From assembly GCF_009914755.1 (NCBI RefSeq), contig NC_060935.1: DNA of 64,000 nucleotides; one strand, written 5' to 3'. Below the pieces are notes generated by a model that was not told the DNA's origin, searched no databases, and saw only the letters and a list, made by a program, of their open reading frames with translations. A program made the position numbers and the translations under genes. Origin of the DNA: the human T2T-CHM13v2.0 reference genome, Homo sapiens. How positions within the stretch are numbered: position 1 is the stretch's first letter; each line of letters starts with the position of its first letter. Below, piece after piece: positions 32,891-47,770 of the stretch.

Positions 32891-34823
32891 AATAACCACC
32901 ATGGACTGAGTAGTAACTATGTATCGATGAGCATGTTAAATACTTTATACACATTATGTTACAAAATCATCACAGTAGTCCCATTATTACCCATAATATG
33001 TAATATTACTCCTATTTATAGAAAAGAGGCAATCAAATCTTAGAGAGGTTGCTAATTGCCCAGGATACCTAGCTCCAAATGAGCTGAGGGATGCTTACTC
33101 CAAAGCCTATGGCTTTTTATGGAGCTATATTGTTTCTCAAATAACTACCCAATAAATGCTCATTAAAAACAAAACAAAACAAAAAAGTGTAAAAACTTGT
33201 GACTATATCAGCTTCTTCCAGTTTGAGAATCTCTCTGTTATTGCATTTGATTTGCAAATTTAGTCTAAATATTCTTTTTTGCCTGTTGATACAATGTCTG
33301 CAGGACTAGAGTTCAACCAAGGGCCTCAGTTCTGTTCAGATGCTCCCTGTGTGATTAGAAGTGAGATGAGTTCATGTCTGTAAAATAAGCCAAGAATGGC
33401 CAGGACATCTTTTACCTAAGATTTCCAAGCCTCCTGATTGGCTGGCTGTAGGATGTTGTTGTACAGTGCCTTCTAACTCTATTTTCCTGAAGATACATGA
33501 TTCAGTGTAATGCCAGGTTAGTACCAAGGCTCCTAAGCACGGCAATATTTACCCTACAAATTACGAAAAATATAAAATTAGGTCACAGCACAGCACCTCA
33601 ATATAAGAAAATTCCCAACCAGCAGGGTGATTCAGTAATGAACCATCTGTGTTCCTGGATGGATCATCTGTGTTCCTGGGCAGATGGATGGAAGCAAAAG
33701 CTAGGTGGCCATTGGTCAAGTCCGCTCTAGAAAATAATAAGTTCACTGGTCATGTCTCCTCTAGAAAATATTCATTAGACAAGAGGACTTCTAATGTTCC
33801 CTCAGATTCTCTAAGAAGGAACATTTGATAAAACATTTATGTAAGTTATTCTGATAGTTTGTCCGAATGTGGAAAAATAGTTGTATATGTATATATGAAG
33901 AGCCCAAACTTTGGATTCAGATGTTACTAAGTTCAAGTCCTTACTCTGACCTTATAGCTATGCATCTTTGGCAAATCTTTGGGGTTCTTTCCACCTCAGT
34001 ATTCTTTTCTACGAATAATAAAGTTCACTATTATATTTGTAGAGGGCAATATATTCAGACTGTGGACTATACCAAGTGCATGATTTTGTGTAAGTTAATT
34101 AACCCACATGCACTTCAGTGTGTCATAAAATGTGGAGGGTAACAGTATCTTCTTCAAAATAGCGTGTGAGGGTGAAAGGAACTAACAATGTAAAGTGCTT
34201 AGAACAGTGCCTAGCACAAAATAAATCTTCAATTGGTTTTAATTATTAATGTTAACATAATCTTGGAAACAACTGATTTTTTCTCGCTTTTCATATAGAA
34301 GTTTTATATTTTATAAACTTGATCATTGTCATTTTGCTTGAACTCTAAGTGTAGAATAAAAGTTAGAAGTTTAAAAGTGATTAGAATTCATGCCATAAAC
34401 CAAGAAGCCAACATCTCAACAAAGTACTGTGTTCTTAAAAAACTAGAAGGAATGTTTTTGTGTCAAAGTGGACAGAAAATAGCTTTTCCCCAGAACCTAA
34501 AGTATCTGAACAAAATTGATCTTTAAGAAAACAATTTGGGAAATGTTCTGAATATATCTGATAGATTTTAAAATGCTTAATTACATTTTAAAAAGCTTCA
34601 AGAAAAGTTGCTATGAAAATTGCCCTCGTTTTATCAAATATTTATTCCAAAGCAAATATAAAAAAATAGAGAGAAGTTCTTGTAATATACCCAGGATAGC
34701 AATTGTTAGTTTCCATGGCATATCAGGGCAAAGTATGTGATTTTAAAAAAATATCTCCTGTGTCAGTCCTGGTATACAGCACTCTCTCCCTTTCTCTCTC
34801 TAGTGCACATGTGTGCGTGCATG

Positions 34824-34849
34824 CACACACACACACACACACACACACA
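34824..34849. repeat. (CA)n microsatellite
   Basis: Direct reading. Confidence 0.95.
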
Positions 34850-35009
34850 GGAAAGAAAATAGAGCAAAGAACCCTGGTTTAGCTGTTAGCTTCCCAAAGT
34901 TATTTGGATAACAACTTAGAGAATCTAGCAAGAAGAATCATGATTCATTCCATAAATCTCTCTAGTATTCATAAAGGATGATCCAGGTCTTGTCTGATTC
35001 TGGGAGTTG

Positions 35010-35235
35010 CCATTTATTGTGACCTTTTTATATGCCAGGAACTACAGTAACTGCTTGTCATAAGTGGTATTACTTAATCCTTATAACAATCATGTGTGGT
35101 GGGTATTATTCTCATTTTACAGTGATGGAACACAGAGAATTTAGGTACCTTGATGACGGTCACACAGCTAGGAATTGACAAAGCCAGGATTTGAACCAGA
35201 GCCCATCTGACTACAAAGCTGAGGCTGTCAGTTGC
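35010..35235 (-). mobile_element. MIR
   Basis: tattattctcattttacag...ggtcacacagctagga...gccaggatttgaaccagagcccatctgact. Confidence 0.8.
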
Positions 35236-36049
35236 TGCTCTGTGCTGCCTTGCACTGGGAGAACATGGCAGAGCTGGTGCTGCTGGGATAGGGCAGGCTC
35301 CCAGCATTCCACCTGCTCTTGTGCTGGGCCCAGGCGCAATAGGAAACTGGTTAGGTTGGGCTTTGATCCACACATTCTCCTGCATCGAATCCCCCTTTTC
35401 TCCCCAATCTCTTCTAAAGAAAGACTGAAAACTCGCTCCAAGAAAAGTGTCAATGACTGCTAATCACCTAATTACCCCTCTTATGGCTCTGGAGCTCAAC
35501 AAGCAGCCACACCAGTGGTCCTTCAGGAATCTTTTCCACAGGGTGTAGGAAGAGGTATCTTGTTTTCCTTAAGCCCAAGGCTGGCCCTTCCTATCACTGC
35601 CTAGTCCTTGCTGATCTAAGCATCAGTGCTGAAGGGTCCTGTCACCAATAGTGCCAATGAGTCTGTAAATAGTGTCATCGTGTTAAATGACTCACTGGGG
35701 CTGGCACACACTGACATTCTGAGGGCACAAGGCAGAGCCCCATCTTTGTCCAGGGGAGGACAGAAGCTCCTGAAGCGGGAGAAGATCAAGGTCTCCATCC
35801 TCAAAGGACCCTCTGCCCACTGTGGCTCAATGTGTGTGGGAGAAGGGACACAGAGGATGAATAAAATTATATAGGTGGACTGGACAACACACACTTGGCC
35901 TTGAGCTACCTATATTTAGACACTTACTCTATATTGATGTTGAATCTAATGATGTTTCCTTGGATAAGAGTTTAGACCTAAAGTGAGACCAGAGTCCATT
36001 GAATCCCATAGGAATGAATTATAATAAAGAGTAGGATGAAAAGTCTTTT

Positions 36050-36520
36050 ATTTTTCAGCAAATATTAATTAAACATTTTTATGTGCCAGAAACCCTTTGA
36101 GGTGCTAGGAATATGACAGTGAACAAAACTAGGAAGGCTGCAGCTTTCATGGTGCTTAACTTCTAGTGAAGACAGACAGATACTAACAAAAACACAAGTA
36201 AATAGAACAGAATGTCCAAAGGTGATAAAGGCTATGGAGACAAATAAACCCAGGTAAAAAGAAGAGAGGTGCAGGGGGAAAGGAAAGAGCAAAGACTCTG
36301 AGATGGGCTTGTACTTGGTGCATTCTGGGAAGGCAGGAGCGGCTGGAGGATAGAGAAATAGAGAGAGCGGAGGGAGCTGTGGTAGGAGCAGTGGGCAGTG
36401 TGTGTGCACACGCATGCATGATGTGGTAGGCAGATCTTGTAGGGCCTGTGAGGACTTTGCCTTTCACACCTAGTGAGATGGGAAACCAGTGGAGGGTTCT
36501 GAGTGGGGAGGAGACATCAC
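36050..36520 (-). mobile_element. L2 fragment
   Basis: ttcagcaaatattaatt...atgtgccag...gtgaacaaaac...gagatgggaaaccagtggagggttctgag. Confidence 0.75.
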
Positions 36521-37793
36521 AGAACACATAGCCAGAGTCCCTTGTGACATATCACAAACAACACCTAACATGCCTTCCCAAACCAAAACACTAGCCTTGC
36601 CCTTCAGAACTGTTTCTTCTGCTGGTAGCTACCATTTGCATGCATTTTTCTCAAGCCATAGCATCTCCAGAATCAATGCTCATCTGTCCAGTGTAGCCTG
36701 ACACTCTTTTAAAAACAACTCTTCAAGACACGGACTGCCTTTCAAAATGCCTTCTTCCGCCAACAGAGCACACATTTAGAGAAGTAACAAAGGCCATTTC
36801 TATCCAAGCAAACGTGTTTCTTGCAGCCAACAGCATAGCCTTATAACAGTAATGTTTCTATTTCAGAGAGTAAATCTATCATCTCAGTAACAACCCTTTA
36901 AAACACAAAGTTATCACATGATCTTCTTACTCTATGCAGGATAAGTCAAGACCCAACAAATGAAACACTTCTCCTGGAAATTATATCCCATTTGGTTTTT
37001 TTTTTTAAATCATCTTTTAAACCTGTCATTGGTAAACCAGATTTAGAACATTAGAACTGCTGCAAAGATTTGTTATGAGAAATCTACTGAGGGTCTATTG
37101 AGTTATTTGAATATGATATTTCACATTAATATGGACATTAAAACAGAGACATGACAACGCATATCCGTGACTGCCTCTCTTGCTCTAATTTTCATTTCAA
37201 ACCCATATTACTTATACATTCCCAAAGAACAACTTCAAATATTATATTTTGCAAGCTTGTGTTTTCAAATTGCTGATTTAAAGGTCTTCTTGACCTTTGT
37301 ACAGAATTCTAACATTTTTTTCCTGCTTTGTTGGCCTGAGGGTGGTGATAGAATCAAACATGTTTATAAATAGGGCCAAATAAATTGAAAATTTTTTCCT
37401 GAGAGAGAGAGTTTTATGAAGAAAATACCTGCCCAAGTTCGTTTTTTAAAAATCCCTCACCCACTGACATTTCTGGTTCAACAAGTTTTCTTCTTAATGT
37501 AGTTAAATGTCAACAAAAGTGTTACTGCTTAATTATCTGAGTATCCTGAGTCATAATAATGCATATATCACTTCACTTAGGAAATGTCTTTTCTCAATTA
37601 AATTAGCTGTTTTCACTAGAATCCTTAGTCAGCCAATGGAAAAAATAATTTTCCCCCTTATGACTTTCTCTACTACAATAATTGACCTGGGTTCGTTGTC
37701 TTTGATATTACAGAAGAAAGTCTGACTTTTCAAATACAGAGGTAAAGTAAGTCTATGAACCTATGAACTTCACTTTTGGTACTTCCCCTAGAA

Positions 37794-37842
37794 CAGCAGT
37801 TCTCAGCTCTGATGCACAGTAGAATTTCCTGGGGGAGCTTAC

Positions 37843-37897
<55 letters not shown>

Positions 37898-37982
37898 GGA
37901 GGGAGGGAGAGAGAGAGAGAGAGGCCCAACCTGAAGAGACTCTGACTTAATTGGTCTTGGGTAAGCCTGGGCATTTTTTAAA
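37794..37982. mobile_element. MER5A (hAT-Charlie) fragment with embedded (CA)n(GA)n microsatellite (37845-37923)
   Basis: cagcagttctca...tagaatttcctgggggagctt...gactctgacttaattggtct...gcctgggcat. Confidence 0.7.
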
Positions 37983-37994
37983 AGTACGTATTTT

Positions 37995-38643
<649 letters not shown>

Positions 38644-38807
38644 TATTTTCTTCCTTTCCCTCCCTCCCTCCCTTCCTCCCTTCCTCTCTTTCTTTTCTCT
38701 TTCTTTGTCTTTATCCTTCTTTCTTTTCTTCTCCTTTTTCTTCCTTTGTTTTCACCTATAGTGACTATTTGAAGCATTTCTATTTTTTAATTAAGATAAA
38801 CAAAATT

Positions 38808-39118
38808 GGCTGGGCGAGGTGGCTCACGCCTATAATCCCAAAACTTTGGGAAGCCGAGGTGGGCAGATCATTTCGGCCCAGAAGTTTGAGACCAGCCTGG
38901 GCAACATGGTAAAACCCCATCTCTACAAAAAAAGTACACAAAAATTAGCCGGGCGTGGCACATGCCTGTAGTCTCTCAGCCACTGGAGAGGCTGAGGTGG
39001 GAGGATCACTAGAGCCCAGGAGGTTGAGACGGCAGTGAGTCGCCGTAATGCCAGTGCACTCCAGCTTGGGTGAGAGAATGAGTCCCTATCTCAAAAATAA
39101 ATGAATAAATAATAAAAT
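38808..39118 (+). mobile_element. AluJ (Jb-like)
   Basis: gcctgggcaacatgg, gaggatcactagagcccagg. Confidence 0.88.
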
Positions 39119-39158
39119 TCATATAAATAATAATGTAACTTTAGAAGATCTAATTACA

Positions 39159-39466
39159 GGCAGGGCGCAGTGGCTCACACCTGTAATCCCAGCACTTTGG
39201 GAGGCCGAGGCGGGCGGATCACAAGGTCAAGAGATGGAGACCATCCTGGCCAAGATGGTGAAACCCCGTCTCTACTAAAAATACAAAAATTAGCTGGGTG
39301 TGGTGGTGCGTGCCTGTAATCCCAGCTACTTAGGAGGCTGAGGCAGGAGGAATCACTTGAACCTGAGAGGCGGAGGTTGCAGTGAGCCAAGATCACGCCA
39401 CTGTACTCCAGCCTGGTGACAGAGTGAGACTCTGTCTCAAAAATAAATAAATAAATAAATAAATAA
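39159..39466 (+). mobile_element. AluSc with (AAAT)n tail
   Basis: ggtcaagagat.gagaccatcctggccaa and cctggtgacag diagnostics. Confidence 0.88.
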
Positions 39467-40251
<785 letters not shown>

Positions 40252-42639
40252 CTATGGGATGCACACAGCTATGTGTTCAGTGCAGGCAGCAAATAAATCT
40301 CATTTTAATCTCATGGGTACTAACTACAAATGGTCTTTGACTTTTTCCTATTGTGTATCTCTGTCTTCACTGGTTAATTTGTTGTTACTTCAGCATCTCT
40401 TGTGTAGCTGAGATTTGAATACACCTGCCAGGTGGAAATAGATGAGCCTTCCCTCTAGATATTTACATGAAAGCTAAGGGGCCTTCTGAGTGGAGAAGGT
40501 GGGTAGAGGCTTAAGCTGTATTCCTAATTTATTTTCAGTTATTTAGGCATATATGCAGAATGGGACAAGAGTCAAAAGGAAACCAAGTTTTCAGGAGGGA
40601 CTGGAGCTTCCCGAGGAAATAAAACTATGAAGAACTGTAGAGTCTGGTATAAACAGGGTGCTTCAGCTATAAGACCACAGAGTCAAAGGGCAGTGATTTT
40701 GCCAGCATGGCACTGGCACCTGGAATCGTCCTGAACCAGCCATCCTGGCTGTATGTGACCTAGCAAAGGAAAGAGCTGTGTGGAAAATGAAAGAGATGTC
40801 ACACTAAACTTGGAATTATTTTGAAATCCACAGCCCATGGAGACGTGTAGCTCCAGGCAGTATTGGCCAGTCGGCCCACAGTGTAGCCTGGAGTGGCAGC
40901 TGCTAGTATTCAGCAGTTGCTCCTATTTAGGAGAGCTTGTCAAACTCTTGTTTTGGACTCCCAAATACCTGGGGTATAGTTGAGGGTTAGGAGTAACTTT
41001 GAACAGGATTGGAATTCTCAAATGAGAAGGTGCAGTAGAAAGGTTGTAACCTGTGAGAATCTGGTCTTGATGTTCTGTAACCTCATGGACTGGTAGACTG
41101 AAAAGACTCATGGATATTTAGGTGCACTGGAATTTATTTTTAAATTCTCCAGTCACCAAATCTCATCTCCATCTTTATTACTCCAAAGGCCTTCTTTTCT
41201 TTTTCCTCCCCAGTCCATCCTGCATATACCTAACATAGAGGGATACATTAAAACAGGTCAACACAACATATTGCCACTGGCCATTTTGAAGATTGGCTGT
41301 CTTTGTAGAAAAATCACCCCTTAAGGCAGACTTCTCTAATTGCACTGCTGGATTGTTAGAGATGAGTCCGTCTTCAGTTATCTTGATTGTTGAGCCAAAT
41401 ATACCATAAATCCTCAAAATGTATATTGTATTTTTTTTAAAGTTAGGTGGGGCGTAAGATTTTACAGGATGTAGAAATGTACTTAATTAGTTCAGCCTTG
41501 AAATAATTATTCTTTAAAAAACTGAAAATTTCAAGTAGCTATAGAATATCTCTAATTCCTCTCTGGCTACCATTATTTCCAACATGCAGTGTTCTTACAT
41601 AGCCCACTTGCCAAAAAAAAAGCTCTTGTTATAAGGTTAAGGCCACATTTCTGTGTAGTTAAAACTTTGCTTCAGGGTATGTCCTGACTGCATATAGGTT
41701 AATGGAGCACTGCATGTTTCTTATACAATATTACCTGCATACTTGCTAATACTCGAATTCTAGAGATTCACTGGGGGATACAAATGGATCCAGCATTGAT
41801 CTTGAAATCAGAAGTTCACAGTTCTAATCAGGTTTCTGAGTAGTGAATGAACTTAGAGAGAAGCTATTAAATTTCTCTTACATATATAAAAAGGGAATAA
41901 TGATTTTACTAGAAACGTCTCTAAGATTCACACCACCTCTGATATTCTGAACCTAAATTTGAGTATTTACATAGTTTACATAAAGTAAGCTCTTTTGCAT
42001 CAACGGACAGGGTGGCATGCAGGTAAGGAAGAAAAGGAAGAAGACGGAGTCCCCTCAACTTGAAAGAGCTCGCTGTCAAGGAGAAGGCCACTTACTGAAA
42101 GACCTACCTCATTTTAAGGACGGATTGATTACAAAGTGAACCCTGGATGGGACCAGAGATCCAACCTCATGCCAAAAGGACTGTGTGTCTAAAGCAATGA
42201 CGCCAAAGCCGGCCTCTTACCCTGCTCTGCCAAAGGAAACAAGAAGGCAAATCCGCAAGTCTCCCAACATGATAAACTCCATTTGTCACCCGCTTACATG
42301 TGCCTCCAAGACTAAACTTGTCTCATGGTGGCTCCATTTCAGTTAAGTACTTTTAGACCTCAGTCCAAACCCCTTCTCTTAGGATTTGGCTCAAACTATT
42401 GATAATCATAAATTTCCATATTTATATTTCCAATCTGTGAGGACTTAAAAAAACTATTATGGAAACCAAGTACAATCTTAGGGAACAGACTGTGTATTTA
42501 ATTTACACAATGAAACTTGGGCTGTAGCATTAATACTGTAACAATACTGAATAATTTAACTGAAGTGTATTACATTCTTTGTGCTGTAAATCTTTTACTT
42601 GTGAGTTTTGTGCAAAATCACCAATTTAGCCTTGCATAA

Positions 42640-43022
<383 letters not shown>

Positions 43023-45665
43023 ATTAAAGGAGTCATGGCAGCTGAAGACAATGACGATTTAATGGAGTGAAGCCGATCTACTATCTTGGGTGGAAAGAGT
43101 ATGATGTGGTTGGCAGTGCCTTCCACATTCCAGTTAGCCGAGTGCTGTAAAATATTAACACCAACACTGTAATAAAGTAGAAGGTGATACGGCTCTGGTT
43201 GGCTATTTATTTACTTATTTGGTAAGTTCCAGTATTGTGCTTAGAATGTACAGGTAAAAGGATCTGTGTAGATTGTGCAGGCTAATGGTGTTCTGTGGAC
43301 GTGTGTTCATTTCTGAATAAGTTTTTGTTTGCTAAAGGAACTGAAAAAAATAAGATTCATGCAAGGGATTTACCAAACCGTTAAATTTATTCACTTTTCA
43401 AGGACCATCGCTTACTCTGAGGTTATGTTCGTCTCAATGCTTTCAGGCTAAAAAATATTTTTTTTCATGAAAGATGGTAATAGTAGGCAGTAGTTTTGAT
43501 TTTTAATGTACTTACACAGAAAAATGAAATATAGCAAATCCATGTCCGCTTCCATACTATAAGATGTAAAAGTCTGAGGACCACTCAACTGACTATCCAT
43601 TTCATTGTATTTTTAGGGAAACTGAGGCAGAGTGGCTAACTGCTTGCATGCAGTCACCCAGCTAGTCAGTTCCACTGATGCCGTGTGGCTTTCGATAAGC
43701 TCAGATTCTCAAAATACAGCAGGTGTGTGAAGGACAGTATATGCTGTACCTAACAAGTTCAAAGAGTTACCCAGAAACTATTGTCATGCTGTTTTCTGTT
43801 TATCAAACTCTTATTTGCAGTCTTTTTGGTCACATGAGAGTTTCATCAGATATCTGCAAGATGTAATTTCTCTCCCAAAACCCCAAGGAAATGCTATCAA
43901 AAGATTCATGTCTTCAATAGATTCTATTCTTGGAGAGGTTAATATGGAGGAAAGATCCATGGTCAGTCCACATTTTGTGCAGATGACGATGGCGGCGCAA
44001 AGCCACCTGAAGTCATTCACCTTTGCAACTGCATTTGGATTCTATATTGTCTGCATCAGGCATGGAGACGCCCACCGGCTGCTGTGAGAGGAATAAAAGG
44101 AGTACTGACAAACGTCATCATACAAAAAAGGTTTCAAATCATTTTTGACACCAGAATAAAAGTTAGATTCCTGTGTCTGTCTGAGATTTCGAGTTATCTT
44201 TCTAAATGGCTCTCTAATCGCATCAGCAAACCCTCAGGGAAGAGCCTTCACTTCCTTTCTGTTGTCTGTTAAGCCAAGCACACCCAGAGTGGTCAATAAA
44301 TAATACTGTGGGAGTACTGGAGGGCAGGGAGTGGTGTTGCATATTTTGCTTTTGATTTTTCCTCTGGAAAAAAAGATGAATTAAGTGACAGAGTGGCAAA
44401 AGGAGTAGGCAACAAAGAAACATAGCCGGAAACTTGAGCGTGACTCTTAATTTCACTCTTTTTAGAGCTTTAATGCAAATCCAATTATGTATTTGCTTTC
44501 AGTTCTGAAGGTGAGAAATTCGAGGTTAGACATCACAAAGCTAATACATAGATTCCCTAGAGAGGATATTGATAATATTTCATGTTTTCCTCCTGACATA
44601 ATATTCCCCCAAGTGAAATCCATTGCCTATTATTATTGATACTGTGCTATCCTGGTAGCAAACTTGAAATGTAAGGAAATAGGATTCTGTTCATTATTTC
44701 TTACCAGTAAAATTAATGAATCAGAGAAGAAGCTAATGTAGGTCTGTTTTATCACTAAGGTGCTCAGAAGTTCAACCTTCCTTTTGTTCTCCTTTAGAGA
44801 AGCTGTACTTACAAGCATTGCAAAGTCTGACAAATTGTATGGTGTCTATTATTATCTGTCTGTCTCCTTCCCAGACAGGGCAGGGATTCTATCTTCTCTA
44901 TTTTCATACCCTCCAAGACCTAACACAAGCCAATAATATTCCATCAACCATCGAACACATATTTAAGTGCCTACAGAGTGCTAGGGAGTGTGCTGGGTGC
45001 TGGGGACTGAAAGAGGGAAGACAGATAATTCTGGAAGGTATAATGTAAAAGAAGAGAAGAGCTGAGCTAGGGGAAGTCGGGTGGGGGTGGATTTGTCTGA
45101 CTGGCTTCCCAAAGGAAGTGATGTTTAAGGGGAAACCTGACTGATGAATAGGAGTTTCCCCAAGTTCTCTTTTTCTTTGTCTTTTCAGGTTACTGGAAAA
45201 GCTAGTGAGGTTTGTGGCTGGTATCATACTGTTTAATGTGTCATCTGCTACCATGGTCAATGTGACTCTTACTAATCGGCATTCAGATAGCGCCTTGCAT
45301 ATTGATTGTATGCTAATACATTTGAGCCAGTTGGCCTTGCTATGTGACATTCTCATGCTTCCCCAAACGTGAACACTGAAGTGAACCTTGGGTGGCCCTG
45401 CTTTGTGGATCACATATCTCCCACATCTCTACTTTCAGAATAAATTTGTTAATACATTCTCCTCTCTCCTGCAAGGCCTAGATAGAAGAAACTCTTAATT
45501 TAAAATATTACAACAGAAAGTTATTCTGCCTTTTGCCAAGAGGTGTGATCCTCATAGTCGTTTGAAATATCATCAAGCTGAGTCTCACAGATGCTCAGGG
45601 GTGAAAGAAATATGTGTAAAACCTGGAGGTATGAATGGTGTGCATCATGTATTGTATGCATGAGC

Positions 45666-45735
45666 AGAAACACCAGCCTTGGAGAGAAACACCAGCTTTG
45701 GAGAGACACACCAACCTTGGAGAGACACACCAGCT
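45666..45735. repeat. Short minisatellite, ~3.6 copies of 19-20 bp (AGA[A/CA]CACCAGCCTTGGAG)
   Basis: Direct reading. Confidence 0.85.
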
Positions 45736-45831
45736 CCCCTCTTACTCTGTTTACTGTTTTCTTTCTGTGAAATTTAAAATTGATTCCATGTGTACTATAA
45801 TGCAAGCAATGGGGCAAGGCTGCTCTCTTTT

Positions 45832-45832
45832 G

Positions 45833-45875
<43 letters not shown>
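45832..45875. repeat. (TC)n(CA)n microsatellite
   Basis: Direct reading. Confidence 0.95.
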
Positions 45876-45876
<1 letters not shown>

Positions 45877-46616
45877 CCCTTCAGAGCTGCCTGCTTAACT
45901 TCTCACAGCAACTTCCTCCACTCGGATGGGCTGTGGTCCCTGAGGGAAGCCTCGGCATCTGAATTTGGCAGGGAATCCCATTCCCATGGAAGTCAGGGCT
46001 GCCCTCACTCCCAAGGAACAGCCTGGGGAGGTTCTCACACATTTGCCTCTGGCTTCACTACAGAATATGTACACTCAAAGGGGACAATAGAGGGGTCTCC
46101 CACACCCCACAACTCATGCAGACCCACAGACAGTTGGGAACGTCTTGCTCTGAATATGAGGAAAATGAGATCTATGTGAATCTTCACCAGGCCACAGCTC
46201 ATACTTCTTGCTGCTGTCTATAAATGAATGTTAGCAGCACTTTACATATCAAAATTGTCCAAGTGGGACCTGACCTTTGGGCCTTTGGATCCATGTTGCA
46301 TTCATAGCCATTTAGATCTGACCCCATTTCAAGTGTTCAGAAAAATGAGAAACAATTTTACAATAGCAAAATTGGGCCCTCCAACCCTTCCCCACAAAAT
46401 TGAATGAAATACAAGGAGGAAAAACAAATGGAGATATTTGTGAGAATGACTGACTTCCTTCTGCAAACAGAAATGGGCAAGTTATCAGAGTTAAAATTGC
46501 CTTATAAAGTATCTTTATACAGCAGAAGAGATCATCAGAAATGCATTTTTTGGCTCAAATTTCCTTTTATTTCTCCCTTGGGATCTCTCTTTCTGACTTT
46601 TTACCCCAACTCTCTC

Positions 46617-46620
<4 letters not shown>

Positions 46621-46651
<31 letters not shown>

Positions 46652-46927
46652 CAGTCTCGCTCTGTCACCCAGGCTGGAGTGCAGTGGTGCGATCTAGGCT
46701 CACTGCAACCTCTGCCTTCTGGGTTCAAGTGATTTTCCTGCCCCAGCCTCCCAAGCAGTTGGGACTACAGGCATACGCCACCATGCCCAGCTAATTTTTG
46801 TATTTTTGGTAGAGACAGGGTTTCACTATGTTGGCCAGGCTGGTCTTGAACTCCTGACCTCAAGTCATCCACCCGCCTCAGCCTCCCAAAGTACTGGGAT
46901 TACAGGCATGAGCCACCGCAACTGGCC
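46621..46927 (-). mobile_element. AluSx-type
   Basis: Full dimer; TSD-like TACCCCA on both sides. Confidence 0.92.
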
Positions 46928-47696
46928 TACCCCATCTTTTTTACTCTCTTTCTGGCTTTGCCAATGTAGGCAGTTTCAATTTCATTATATATGTGGGTCG
47001 AAACTTTATTTTAGGAATAATCTTGGATGTAAGACTACTACTGCTTTTTCAGAAGCAAACCATTTTGTGGACTGTACTCAGAAATGCAAAACACAGCCTC
47101 ATCCACTGAGTCCTGCCTCCCAGGTCTGATGTGGAGTCCACAGTACAGCATGGGGAAGACTCTGGGTGTGGCTGCAGCGGTGGTGGGCCCTGCCTTGCCT
47201 GGTGCTCTTTTTATAGGCTATAGAAATACAACTGATGACTCAAAACTATTATATCTTGATAAATGAAATAAACAAAATTCAGTCCCTAACACTGGTGTGG
47301 ATGGGCATTTGGGCAGTACCTACACTGTAAATGTCCATGCTATAAAGAACCCCTGGGAATGAAGAGCTCTGTGCTCCCTCCCAGGTGTTCTTCTGGCCAG
47401 TCTCCTTTTCTGTCTTCCCCTGGTCTGAAGGATTGTTCCTCTCTTCTATGAGAGTGCAGCTGAAAATGCTCATAGTCTCTCCATTTCGAACCTGGAGCCA
47501 GGCTGAGGTGGATGCCCCTTCTCTGTGGTTTCCATAGCAAAGTGCTCTGTGCACATCTGGGACTTACATTTCTCTCTTGTCCTGCAATTTTCCATTTCAC
47601 TAAATAGATTGTATTTCTCATTCCACCACCATGCCTGGCTCAATCAGTGTACACTGAACACATCTCTTCTTTTTAAAAGAATGTAATATTCTAGAA

Positions 47697-47770
47697 ATCA
47701 TGGATAGTACACTGTGTTATCATGGATAGTACACTGTGTTATCATGGATAGTTCAATCATAGATAGTTCA
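47697..47770. repeat. Tandem repeat: 2 x 22 bp (ATCATGGATAGTACACTGTGTT) + 2 x 15 bp (ATCAT[G/A]GATAGTTCA)
   Basis: Direct reading. Confidence 0.9.

Noticed and set aside
44904-45413. 169-aa ORF on - strand
   Set aside because: Non-ATG start, partly in L2-like sequence, no homology I can recognise, no convincing exon boundaries.
45666-47770. Short direct repeats as CRISPR-like arrays
   Set aside because: Eukaryotic DNA; head-to-tail repeats with no unique spacers.
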